From: Chiloscyllium plagiosum
Lineage: Eukaryota
NCBI RefSeq assembly: GCF_004010195.1
Contig: NC_057718.1
Location: 57,584,660-57,648,659 of the forward strand
Direction of reading: 5' to 3'
DNA length: 64,000 bases
Shown here: positions 63,972-64,000 of the stretch, piece after piece
How the letters are laid out: the number at the start of each line of letters is the position of its first letter
Position numbering within the stretch: position 1 is the first letter of the stretch
Program-made: the position numbers and the translations under genes
Notes under the pieces: generated by a model
Told to the model about the DNA's origin: nothing
Databases searched by the model: none
What the model saw: only the letters and a program-made list of their open reading frames with translations

Positions 63972-64000
63972 CCTTCCTGTTCTTGCCACCAAAGTGGATA

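Overview
Non-coding, transposon-dense vertebrate DNA with no recognisable host-gene exon, rRNA, true tRNA or CRISPR array. The repeat inventory (HE1/V-SINE-type tRNA SINEs with (TCTAA)n tails, many CR1 LINEs, a DeuSINE, Penelope-like elements, Harbinger remnants) points to a cartilaginous fish, most likely a shark (inference). Every ORF I could assign to a family is a decayed transposon protein: CR1/L2/Rex1 RT, Penelope RT and GIY-YIG, Gypsy RNase H/integrase, Harbinger transposase and Myb-like protein. There is an 833-nt N gap at 52151-52983. Main observations: (1) short Penelope-derived hairpin insertions with 11-16 bp target-site duplications carry minimal type I hammerhead ribozyme motifs, with one core-intact copy at 3286-3325 and stem covariation between subfamilies; (2) a ~3.15 kb APE-RT LINE that lacks ORF1 and starts with a tRNA-like A/B-box head, plus an internally deleted derivative; (3) a ~125-bp patchwork templated insertion inside a young CR1 that copies 55 bp of unique DNA from ~0.9 kb upstream in inverted orientation; (4) twin-priming-like inversions in a Penelope element and a CR1. 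Boundaries of old elements are approximate and family names come from motif recognition by eye, not database searches.
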